Shown here piece by piece: positions 8,375 to 15,994 of a stretch of DNA of 31,960 bases. The first letter of the stretch is position 1. Each line of letters opens with the position of its first letter. This DNA is from a virus. Its lineage: Duplodnaviria; Caudoviricetes. The translations under genes were made by a program, and so were the position numbers. The notes beneath the pieces were generated by a model. That model was given only the letters and a program-made list of their open reading frames with translations. It was not told where the DNA came from and did not search any database. The stretch covers positions 1 through 31,960 of IMG/VR virus record IMGVR_UViG_3300020376_000005; one strand, 5' to 3'.

Positions 8375-8939
8375 CCTGTTCTCCCTTCAATTCGTCCCAA
8401 ATTAATGTTTCATAGAGACCGGCTGGCATCTGTACGACCATTAGGTCTTGAAAGGAACCGCGAGTGCTAAAGTATCTATTTCTCGGTTCGCATCGGTAGT
8501 TCCAAACACGCTGACCTTCTTCAATTGATATCCAGAGTTGAGCTAAAGTGGTATCAACATCACATGCATCACCCGTGCGCTCATGCATCACTGTGACCCA
8601 ACCATCGCCCTCATCTGTTTCACCGAAAGTCAGGATCAACCTATCTCCGTAATTTTCATTATCGAAGGCTTCATTACGGTCTTCGACCCAGATATTCTCA
8701 AGCCATTTTGCCCAAGTATTGATCTTCACGACTTCGGATTTTGTGATCCGGTTTAGTTTAGCCTTAATCATTTTTGTTGTGTCATCGAAGTTTACATTTA
8801 CAATATTGGCAAAGTCTTGACGGTCATTCATTAAAGCAATCCCTTTAGTTTGGTTTGGCGACTCTGGTGGCGCAGTTGGCTCACGCAGAAAGCTATTTTT
8901 TTGCCATACATCTATAATTATTTGGTTCATGTCAGACAT
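8355..8939 (-). CDS. Hypothetical protein (194 aa), overlapping both neighbours
   Basis: Long ORF filling the gap between the XRE regulator and the integrase; no motif recognised. Confidence 0.75.
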   Translation of the reverse strand: MSDMNQIIIDVWQKNSFLREPTAPPESPNQTKGIALMNDRQDFANIVNVNFDDTTKMIKAKLNRITKSEVVKINTWAKWLENIWVEDRNEAFDNENYGDRLILTFGETDEGDGWVTVMHERTGDACDVDTTLAQLWISIEEGQRVWNYRCEPRNRYFSTRGSFQDLMVVQMPAGLYETLIWDELKGEQDVVQFV

Positions 8940-9234
8940 CCGAATACGTGACGGCTTGGTGCGTATGTGGATCGTAATAGCTCAACATTTTCAGAGCAAA
9001 TTCACGGGGGTTCTGATCTAGAGCCATTGCGCATTTGATGGTTAAAGCAGGGGGCAAGCGACCTTGACCTGTCTCCAGTTGAGATATGAATGTGTAATGT
9101 TTCAAGTTTAGAATATCAGCAAGCTCTCTTTGGGTCATGCCCTGAGCAATTCTTAATTGTTTGACATAATCACCAGCTTGAATCCGAAGCATTCGCGATT
9201 CCATTGTGGTGTTTGTGTACGTTTGGTTAGCCAT
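8932..9234 (-). CDS. XRE-family helix-turn-helix regulator (candidate repressor)
   Basis: VKQLRIAQGMTQRELAD...FISQLETG; RBS AAAGGA upstream. Confidence 0.9.
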   Translation of the reverse strand: MANQTYTNTTMESRMLRIQAGDYVKQLRIAQGMTQRELADILNLKHYTFISQLETGQGRLPPALTIKCAMALDQNPREFALKMLSYYDPHTHQAVTYSDV

Positions 9235-9264
9235 TTTGAGACTCGTCCTTTCAGTAAGTCTAGT

Positions 9265-9370
9265 GTTTTACTTTAAGTATTCTTTAAGTAGTCTTTAAGT
9301 TATTAATCTATTCTAGATTATTCTATCGTTAGTTAATCTTTAGTAGTCTTATGTTAATCTTTAGGGTCTT
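9265..9370. repeat. AT-rich repeat tract, candidate replication origin
   Basis: CTTTAAGT at 9271, 9282 and 9293 (11-bp period); GTTAATCTTTAG at 9332 and 9353; non-coding. Confidence 0.6.
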
Positions 9371-9372
9371 CT

Positions 9373-9389
9373 GGCTGAAGCAACCTTTA
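9373..9389 (-). promoter_or_regulatory. Candidate phage RNAP promoter, copy 2 (TAAAGGTTGCTTCAGCC)
   Basis: 15/17 identical to 4418-4434; intergenic and pointing into the AT-rich tract. Confidence 0.6.
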
Positions 9390-9395
9390 GGTGCA

Positions 9396-9521
9396 TCATT
9401 CCAAAAAACCCTTAATCAAAAGCCCAATAGTAAACAGAAAAACAACGAGAAACGGATATATTTCCGGCCCGTTTATTTTCTGCTCACTTTTAGGCATCTT
9501 TTTGTATTCAGGCTCGTTCAT
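9396..9521 (-). CDS. Small membrane protein (41 aa)
   Basis: Hand-translated MNEPEYKKMPKSEQKINGPEIYPFLVVFLFTIGLLIKGFLE; RBS GGAGA; one hydrophobic segment. Confidence 0.65.
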   Translation of the reverse strand: MNEPEYKKMPKSEQKINGPEIYPFLVVFLFTIGLLIKGFLE

Positions 9522-9570
9522 TATGTCTCCGTTCGTTAAGTCCAGTGAAAGCTATATAAGCACACTTGTG

Positions 9571-9768
9571 TTACTCTAACAAGTAAACAAATCCAATTAG
9601 GCATTTAGGACACTGACCGGCTGGCACAACGTCCCCCATGTGCATCTTTTTTTGGGGGTCTATTATTGGTGAAACCTCCCACACTTCGAGCATTTCTCCA
9701 CAATCGTCACATTCACAATCCGCTGATATTTCACAGTCGGGCGGCGTTTTAAACATTATTGATATCAT
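9571..9768 (-). CDS. Small Zn-finger-like protein (~65 aa)
   Basis: CDDC...CPKC; GGAG RBS favours ATG at 9768 over the track start at 9819. Confidence 0.65.
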   Translation of the reverse strand: MISIMFKTPPDCEISADCECDDCGEMLEVWEVSPIIDPQKKMHMGDVVPAGQCPKCLIGFVYLLE

Positions 9769-9838
9769 CTGAAACTCCAATTTCCATTGCGTTAAGGCAG
9801 AAGCACCCCCAAAATGCACTCGTGTAATTCTTTGCGAA

Positions 9839-9888
9839 AAAACCCACAGGATGCCCCACCGAAACGGGTGGGAACACCTCTGAATTCT
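9839..9888 (-). other. Long irregular RNA hairpin (RNase III site or terminator)
   Basis: AGAATTCAGAGGTGTTCCCACC-CGTTTC-GGTGGGGCATCCTGTGGGTTTT; many G-U pairs valid only on the minus strand; intergenic. Confidence 0.6.
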
Positions 9889-9893
9889 ATTAT

Positions 9894-10061
9894 TTATCTA
9901 GAAAACATTGATAGTTTAGCCTCTACATTTCTAAGCAAAACTTGGTCGTGCGCTATGTCTGAGCTTACGTAAGACGGACGCCCCCCCGTAGGGTAGGCAT
10001 CCAGACGCTTGATTATTTGCTCACGGCGATCACTAAGCATGTCGAATTCATCGTCGCGCAT
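9894..10061 (-). CDS. Hypothetical protein (55 aa)
   Basis: Hand-translated MRDDEFDMLSDRREQIIKRLDAYPTGG...MFSR; starts 2 nt after the upstream stop. Confidence 0.55.
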   Translation of the reverse strand: MRDDEFDMLSDRREQIIKRLDAYPTGGRPSYVSSDIAHDQVLLRNVEAKLSMFSR

Positions 10062-10063
10062 TT

Positions 10064-10336
10064 TCATAAATCCACCCCCATAACACTTTCAATGATTTTA
10101 GTTATTTTGTCGTAGTTTTCATTGAATAATTCTTGGGCCGCGTCCGTATAGCGTTCATCACCATTTTCAGCTTCAATTGTAAATTCATTGACAGCATAAC
10201 CAAGAGGTTCTGCTAGTTTAAGCATTAGGTATTCTGTAATTTCACAGGCCATTTCCATTTTCATAGAATTATCAACGCCCACTTTTGTAAAACCTAGGTG
10301 AAAATCTTCTATCTGTTTGATTGTTTTAATAGTCAT
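10064..10336 (-). CDS. Hypothetical early protein (90 aa)
   Basis: ORF with an ATGA overlap to the upstream gene. Confidence 0.7.
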   Translation of the reverse strand: MTIKTIKQIEDFHLGFTKVGVDNSMKMEMACEITEYLMLKLAEPLGYAVNEFTIEAENGDERYTDAAQELFNENYDKITKIIESVMGVDL

Positions 10337-11130
10337 GTTCTTAGTCCACTTCTGTTAGTTTCACTGGATTGATTGGCCAAAAAATTGGCGATGGCAAAGC
10401 CGCGTGGCGTTGCGCTACGGATGTCTTTAGTCTTCTTTGATTTGCCCCCAAGCATCTTGTGTTGGGCGCTGTAGCCTGATGGCTTACACGTAGGCAGCTT
10501 AGGTGGCATATTGTACCCACCACCCGTCCAGAGGCAGGTTTTCTTTGTGTAGGCATCGTGCGGCGCGATATACTCAGGCCATCGTGGGTGTGCTGCCTGA
10601 TCCTCTGGAATATACTCGCCATATTGATAAGGGTGAAAACTGTGGTCTGGCTTGCGCCATTTGGTAGCCAATACACTTACAGGGTTTTCGATCATGTAGG
10701 GGCAGCCCAATGCTTCAAATAGATCAGCGCAGCGCATCGCGTGTGTCACTGCTTTAGTTTGAAATTCAGGATCATGTTCTGCCTTAGCTTTAAAGTGAGC
10801 CGCACCACTCACGGCCATATCTGTACACACCGGCCACGCCATACCTAAGACAACATTTTGCCCATTAAACTCGTTTTCTATCCAGAGCAGCGTTTTAAAG
10901 TCGTGCAGGTCCGCATGTACGTAATGAATAGCGCCGCCACCTTCAAATATTTCTGTGGTTCCTAAAGTCGCAGACCCTCGCGCAAATTCTGATAAATTCA
11001 CATGTTTACTGTGTTGAATATCGTATGCGTAACAAGTGTAGCCGGCTTCAGCGTAGGGCCGCAAAGCCTCGCCGGTGTAGTCATACAAGCTTAAAACTAT
11101 CTTTTTGTTTTTACGTCCAGCCATTTTCAT
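10333..11130 (-). CDS. Phage DNA cytosine-C5 methyltransferase-like protein
   Basis: Motif I-like VLSLYDYTG..YAYDI, motif IV-like AWPVCTDMAVSGA, motif VI MIENPV, late RSATPRGF. Confidence 0.75.
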   Translation of the reverse strand: MKMAGRKNKKIVLSLYDYTGEALRPYAEAGYTCYAYDIQHSKHVNLSEFARGSATLGTTEIFEGGGAIHYVHADLHDFKTLLWIENEFNGQNVVLGMAWPVCTDMAVSGAAHFKAKAEHDPEFQTKAVTHAMRCADLFEALGCPYMIENPVSVLATKWRKPDHSFHPYQYGEYIPEDQAAHPRWPEYIAPHDAYTKKTCLWTGGGYNMPPKLPTCKPSGYSAQHKMLGGKSKKTKDIRSATPRGFAIANFLANQSSETNRSGLRT

Positions 11131-11279
11131 ATTTCCTTTTGTGTTAATAAAATTTTCTTCAATTCAGCGCGTGTTCGTCCAGAATAGGCAGACAATTCGT
11201 GCAAGGTTACGTTTAGATTTTCATCGTAATAAGAGCGTACTTTTTCATCGCCCCATTTTCGCGGATATGTTTTAGTCAT
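11127..11279 (-). CDS. Small hypothetical protein (50 aa), possibly HTH-like
   Basis: Hand-translated MTKTYPRKWGDEKVRSYYDENLNVTLHELSAYSGRTRAELKKILLTQKEI; strong GGAGGT RBS; ATGA overlap with the MTase gene. Confidence 0.75.
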   Translation of the reverse strand: MTKTYPRKWGDEKVRSYYDENLNVTLHELSAYSGRTRAELKKILLTQKEI

Positions 11280-11301
11280 GTGTGTTACCTCCAGATTATG
11301 C

Positions 11302-11350
11302 AAAAGCGCATAGTGTGAACGGCCCTAAAACCGTTCGACAATACGCTTTT
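11302..11350 (-). other. Long RNA hairpin (RNase III-like site or terminator)
   Basis: AAAAGCGTATTGTCGAACGG-TTTTAGGG-CCGTTCACACTATGCGCTTTT, directly after a stop codon. Confidence 0.6.
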
Positions 11351-12176
11351 ATCTTAGAGTAAAACCTGAGGTGTCGTGCTTTGCATCGCCCTTGGCTTTC
11401 AGCATTACTGCAACACCTTTTGGGTCAGCCGGTCGATAGTCGTGCAAATCGCCGTCTGAAGCGTTCCACCATTGTCCGAGCATGTGAACCATTCCGTTTT
11501 GCGTGGCGTTTTTATAAACTGATATTTCTGCGCAAACCGCCACGTTGCCACCTGCGGCTAATACGTCCAAACAAGCCGCGTCATTATTCTCTTTGCGTGA
11601 AAACGTGATATGATAATTTGCAGGCATTCTGCCTTCAGCCCACGCTATGGCGCGTTTAGTAACGGCGGTATAATCATAAAATTGGCAATCGCTGAAATAA
11701 TCCATTATTGATATTTCAACACCGTCAATTTCGACCTTGCGCAATTCAAATGGCAAATCAGATGTAGCGTTAAGACGATAAGCAACGTCAAAGCCCTGCG
11801 CTATCCATTTTGTGCGGTGTGATAGCATTTCAAACACTAGGACGGCTAAGAATGCTTTGCGTTGCTTAAAATAGGCTTGTGTCTTTGTTATGCGTGATTT
11901 TTCTTTGGACGCCATGTAGGCTGGATTGCCTGCAGTATGTAGACAGGCCGCCGCGCAACCGGCTGAAGCACTAGCGCAAACCTGAAAGCCTGAAAGGTTA
12001 AATGGTGCGAGGTGCAAAGGTGCGGTCATAACGTCGACCATTTTGCCATTCTTTGCCACCTTTGGGTTACTTTCAGGCTTGGCTAGTATGGTGCAAATGT
12101 TGTGACCATTGGCGCGAAGGTGGCGAATTGCAGAAGCTTTTGTTTTAAATCCGTTGATAATCATTTTGTATTCCAT
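11349..12176 (-). CDS. GP88-like phage protein (start may be 12164)
   Basis: C-x6-C-x3-C, RLNATSD, FYDYT, NYHITFS and DGDLHDYR..D...LKAKG, recalled as GP88-family motifs. Confidence 0.65.
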   Translation of the reverse strand: MEYKMIINGFKTKASAIRHLRANGHNICTILAKPESNPKVAKNGKMVDVMTAPLHLAPFNLSGFQVCASASAGCAAACLHTAGNPAYMASKEKSRITKTQAYFKQRKAFLAVLVFEMLSHRTKWIAQGFDVAYRLNATSDLPFELRKVEIDGVEISIMDYFSDCQFYDYTAVTKRAIAWAEGRMPANYHITFSRKENNDAACLDVLAAGGNVAVCAEISVYKNATQNGMVHMLGQWWNASDGDLHDYRPADPKGVAVMLKAKGDAKHDTSGFTLR

Positions 12177-12215
12177 TCATTATGTTTTGCGTTAAGTAGT
12201 GACAGCTTTACTGGA

Positions 12216-12377
12216 TTATAAGCAAAAGCCAAAAGTGATTGCGTTAAGTAACCAAAGCATTCCAAAAAGACTTCCGAGCGCCATTGCGTCAAATAAGAAA
12301 TGTTTGATTGATTGAATACGAGCTTGACGAATTCTTTTGATACGGTTGGCGTCTTTGCGATATTGATAACTTGTCAT
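12216..12377 (-). CDS. First early gene, small basic membrane protein (53 aa)
   Basis: Hand-translated MTSYQYRKDANRIKRIRQARIQSIKHFLFDAMALGSLFGMLWLLNAITFGFCL; RBS GGAG. Confidence 0.7.
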   Translation of the reverse strand: MTSYQYRKDANRIKRIRQARIQSIKHFLFDAMALGSLFGMLWLLNAITFGFCL

Positions 12378-12428
12378 TCTAACAACTCCATTATGTTCAG
12401 CGGTCCAGCGAAGCTAGTACCTGAAATT

Positions 12429-12456
12429 AAGCTAATCATTATGCGTCAAACGTCAA
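12429..12456 (-). promoter_or_regulatory. Putative host sigma70 early promoter
   Basis: TTGACG-16 nt-TAGCTT, with a second TTGACG 7 nt downstream; ~50 nt before the first early gene. Confidence 0.5.
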
Positions 12457-12459
12457 TAG

Positions 12460-12827
12460 CCGGCGGTCCATTTGGTGGCCAAAAGAGCAAATAAAAAAAA
12501 CAGTGGTGCGCGTTAGTGTCCTGATTTTGAAACAATTGGGCGATATCCAGCTAAATAACGCTCACTCTGCTCAAATTCGTTGCGTTGCTCTTACCATAAC
12601 ACATGCTCGCACGTCCTAAGAGGTCAATAAAACAAGGGCGATTGATCAAACCGGCGGCCTAGTGTGTCCGATAGTGTGCCATGATGTTTGATCAGTATGG
12701 CCAAAAAACGAAAGTCTGATTTTGTCTCAGCCAGGGCGGGGGGCCGAGGGGGTCAGCGGTTGTGCGCGGGGGGACACATCCCCTCACGAATCTTTAGCAA
12801 CTTTTGAATCCCCTTCGACCCTACCGA
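12460..12827. other. Non-coding genome-end junction (probable terminal repeat region)
   Basis: No credible ORF; lies between the last late gene and the first early gene in T7-like order; contains G-runs. Confidence 0.65.
12662..12681. repeat. TGTGTCCRATAGTGYGC motif, copy 3
   Basis: GTGTGTCCGATAGTGTGCCA, bracketed by the inverted repeat TGATCAAAC (12643-12651) / GTTTGATCA (12686-12694). Confidence 0.7.
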
Positions 12828-13217
12828 TCAGGTGTTAGGACCATACGATCCCCAGCTTAACTCATAGTGCGGCCCGTCCGAGAAGCTCTTCCAATCGCCT
12901 CCCCACGTCAGATCGATCTTTAGTTCATCAGAAGCCCTATCGAAGGCTCTGTTGATCTCTGCGTAGAGCGGCCACTCCCAACGTGCCGCCCCACCTATGT
13001 AAGCATATACGTCTACAGCGTGGCCCGTCAGGTGCCGTGAGTTCATCGTGGTGGATGCACCCCGCTTAAAGTACTCTTCCTGAGTCTCAAGGCTTCTCAC
13101 GCCCTCTGAGATACCAAAGTCTATGGTACTATACTTGAGGGCTAGTTCCGTTAGTTCCTGAAGATCGGGATGCACTGTAGCTAGACGCTCTTTAGAGCGA
13201 CTTCCAAATTTAAACAT
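12828..13217 (-). CDS. Endolysin, peptidase M15 (L-Ala-D-Glu endopeptidase-like)
   Basis: EGVRS..Q, SRHLTGHAVD, WGGDW and DGPHYEL. Confidence 0.92.
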   Translation of the reverse strand: MFKFGSRSKERLATVHPDLQELTELALKYSTIDFGISEGVRSLETQEEYFKRGASTTMNSRHLTGHAVDVYAYIGGAARWEWPLYAEINRAFDRASDELKIDLTWGGDWKSFSDGPHYELSWGSYGPNT

Positions 13218-13241
13218 AGTTATATTATCCTGATTGATTGA

Positions 13242-15116
13242 TTAATGTCTTGTGGATGACCAGACTTCCGTGCGGTGTCCGTCACGTCTGACACCACGGC
13301 TTCTTCCGATCTTAGACCCGCCTTCCATGAACTCTAGGAAGTCATCGATCTCATCGTCCATGCGGCCCTGTAGGACGCCTTTAGCTGCTTCGGCTACATC
13401 CTGTCCCATAGACCTCTGAAAGTGCGCCACAGCGCCACTGAGAGCGTCTAAGCGGTCATCGTGTCGTAAGGCTCCACGGTCTTTTGTGATGTGTGTAAGC
13501 TGATGCATTAGGGAGAACGTATGATCATCAGATTTAGTCTCACGTCTGACCATATCTTCATCAAATACTAGGCGATGTTGGGCCATGACGGGTTCGAGTG
13601 TATCAATGATACGCCCTTCTTTCTGACCTTTAGCCCACTCCGACTCCTTAACGGTACAGCCACCGGGCCATATGTTACTTAGGATCGGTTGGAACGCTGT
13701 GACCCACATGCCTTGACCATAGTTTGGCTCCACCTCAACGGTGTGGACGTCATACTTACGGGCATCTACAGCAATACGAGCCATAGCTTCTGCAGGGTCT
13801 GAAGCAAAACCAGCAACATGCAGGACATACATCATGCCGTTTAGTACACCTATGATGGCCCAAGCAGTTTCATCTTTACCACGACCTGATGGGTCAACGA
13901 ATAGTACTTTTGACTCATACCGTTCCCACTCACTGTCCACAAAGAGGGGACGCAGTAGGTGGTCTCCTGAGAAACCAAGGTTTGATATGTCTTTAATGTA
14001 GTTGTGTTTGTCGTTGTGTCGTCCCCATTGCACCGTAAGCGGGGCTTTGAGGGGGTTACAGGACATCACAATGAGGTCTGCTTGTCTCAATGGGTAGCGT
14101 TCAGCATCCGAAAGAGACGTATCCAACATAAATTGTAGGGCAAATGAAGCCTTACCCTTAGCCTCAATGTGCAATAACTCCTCATCTCCGAACCTACTGT
14201 CGGTACATTGACCATGAGATATCTTCTCTTCGTCAAACATACGTCTCAGATAGGGTGCAAGGATGTCTACATTGTCACCTGTCTGGGTGTCAGTCAGAAT
14301 ATAGTTCTTCAGCTTATCAACATTGGGGTAACGAACAGGTATCGTAAGACACCTGAAGCCCATCTCCTTAACGAGTGTGTTGTAGATTGACTCTTCAGTC
14401 TGAGGTGTACCCAGAAAGATGATGTCTCCCTTACCATGCTCTGTCTTGGTGATCGGAACGAAGTCTGACTGCACGATCTTGATGATCCGTCTACGCGCTT
14501 CCTCAGTTAATGAGTTACGCTCAACCTCAATGTCATCTGCAATCAGCAATGTCGCACGGGAACCTGTAATCTGACCTGTGATACCACGGGCCACTACAGA
14601 GTAACTTTGAGACAGCGATGCACCAGAGACATCGAACTGCTCTGCCATGTCTCTACGGGTCGCTCCGCTCTCCCTAGGGCCTTCCAGTAGCCACTGAACC
14701 AGAGGCATGGACTGTGCGATACCTTTAGTCTGTGCAACAAACTCTTTAGACTTAGAGCCTGTCGCTGAGACCACCATTATCTTTTCGTCTCTAGGGTTTC
14801 TCATTAGACGCCACAGGCCGTAGGCGCTGGTGATGTATGATTTCCCTAAAGATCGAAAGCATCGGATGATGTCCTCGCGAGGCATTCTGTTAAAGCGTTC
14901 TAACTCACCAGTTGAAATGTCAGAAGCTTCCGCTGTGTCCAGACCATGCTGTAAACGGAAAGCAATCTCGTACTGGGCAGGAGTAGGCTCTGGGAGACCT
15001 AAGTGTTGCCATACTAAGAACAGAAAGTTCCTAAAGTCTTCATACGCTCCCCAGACTTCTTTGGGGAATGAGGTTTCCCAGTGCGGGACATCCCCTGTCA
15101 TCATAGGATTAAGCAT
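13242..15116 (-). CDS. terL: Terminase large subunit, T7 gp19-like
   Basis: CFRSLGKSYIT, ITGSRATLLIADDIE, LGTPQTE, VDPSGRGKDE and HDDRLDAL. Confidence 0.97.
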   Translation of the reverse strand: MLNPMMTGDVPHWETSFPKEVWGAYEDFRNFLFLVWQHLGLPEPTPAQYEIAFRLQHGLDTAEASDISTGELERFNRMPREDIIRCFRSLGKSYITSAYGLWRLMRNPRDEKIMVVSATGSKSKEFVAQTKGIAQSMPLVQWLLEGPRESGATRRDMAEQFDVSGASLSQSYSVVARGITGQITGSRATLLIADDIEVERNSLTEEARRRIIKIVQSDFVPITKTEHGKGDIIFLGTPQTEESIYNTLVKEMGFRCLTIPVRYPNVDKLKNYILTDTQTGDNVDILAPYLRRMFDEEKISHGQCTDSRFGDEELLHIEAKGKASFALQFMLDTSLSDAERYPLRQADLIVMSCNPLKAPLTVQWGRHNDKHNYIKDISNLGFSGDHLLRPLFVDSEWERYESKVLFVDPSGRGKDETAWAIIGVLNGMMYVLHVAGFASDPAEAMARIAVDARKYDVHTVEVEPNYGQGMWVTAFQPILSNIWPGGCTVKESEWAKGQKEGRIIDTLEPVMAQHRLVFDEDMVRRETKSDDHTFSLMHQLTHITKDRGALRHDDRLDALSGAVAHFQRSMGQDVAEAAKGVLQGRMDDEIDDFLEFMEGGSKIGRSRGVRRDGHRTEVWSSTRH

Positions 15117-15119
15117 AAT

Positions 15120-15335
15120 TTAACTCCTGTATGGCATGTTCCCTGCATATTTCTGTAAAGAGTCGTGGAGGGCCACGGAGCCTGTCATGTCACCATGCTC
15201 AGATTCAGGTGGGAACGCTTTTAGGAAGTTCACACATGCTGAAACCATAGATGGCTGTAGCTCTTCGTGTGTATCCGCCACTATTTTATTCAAGCGCACT
15301 AAGAGTGCGTCTCGTAGCTTGTTACTGTCGCTCAT
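15120..15335 (-). CDS. terS: Terminase small subunit (putative)
   Basis: 71 aa directly upstream of TerL; PSMVSACVNFLK resembles the gp18 A..FLK segment. Confidence 0.65.
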   Translation of the reverse strand: MSDSNKLRDALLVRLNKIVADTHEELQPSMVSACVNFLKAFPPESEHGDMTGSVALHDSLQKYAGNMPYRS

Positions 15336-15724
15336 TTTGATGCGCCTTTGTATTTTTCGAATGTTCTCATGCCGCCTAAGCCTAATAATGAAAGCACTAG
15401 GGTCATAAGTTGATCTCCCTGTAGGCTAGGGAGTTCTGCAGGTAGCTCTGCATAAGCGTTTATTAGGCCGGCGAAGGGTAAGATTAGGAACTGATAGCCC
15501 AAGCCAAGGGCAGCGACCCAGCCAATAGCTGGACGCCAGCCAGCCACAAATATCGAGCGATGCTTGGCACCTTCAATGTTTGCGACTGCTTGGAGTATGT
15601 GAGGTTGCTGCATCAGTGCCGCTAGTTTTAGCTTTGCAGCTTTCCGTTCTTCATCAGATGTGAAGAGTTCATCTAAACCTTTCGCAAGCCCATCGACGAT
15701 ACCGCCGATAGGGTTGAGGTTCAT
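15332..15724 (-). CDS. Holin, GTA-type 3TM family
   Basis: FTSDEE, FVAGWRPAIGWV and LLGLGGMRTFEK; hydrophobic segments. Confidence 0.88.
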   Translation of the reverse strand: MNLNPIGGIVDGLAKGLDELFTSDEERKAAKLKLAALMQQPHILQAVANIEGAKHRSIFVAGWRPAIGWVAALGLGYQFLILPFAGLINAYAELPAELPSLQGDQLMTLVLSLLGLGGMRTFEKYKGASK

Positions 15725-15725
15725 A

Positions 15726-15992
15726 TTATTTCCTTATGGCCATTCTCTCCACACTTAGGCGAATGGCTTTAATATTTTCATCTATTCGGGCCATGCTTAC
15801 GGCTTGGCTCTGAACCATCTCTTCGACCTTATTTATACGCTGAGAGAAGCTTATTAACTTCTCTGTGTTTTGCTGTATGTCTGCTTGCATCATTGATACT
15901 GTCCAGACGATTGCAGCGGCTTGCGTTACAAGGCCGAAGATAATAGTTGCGGGGACACTTTTAGAAATGTGCCAACTTTTGAATTCAGGCAT
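15726..15992 (-). CDS. Membrane protein with one TM segment and a coiled coil (lysis-associated?)
   Basis: TIIFGLVTQAAAIVWTV followed by a heptad-like region; adjacent to the holin. Confidence 0.7.
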   Translation of the reverse strand: MPEFKSWHISKSVPATIIFGLVTQAAAIVWTVSMMQADIQQNTEKLISFSQRINKVEEMVQSQAVSMARIDENIKAIRLSVERMAIRK

Positions 15993-15994
15993 TA

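Noticed and set aside
9265-9370. CRISPR or mini-array
   Set aside because: Units are 8-12 bp without unique 25-40 bp spacers, and there are no cas genes.
9977-10003. GC hairpin with a UACG loop as a terminator or ncRNA
   Set aside because: It lies within the plausible 55-aa ORF and lacks a U tract.
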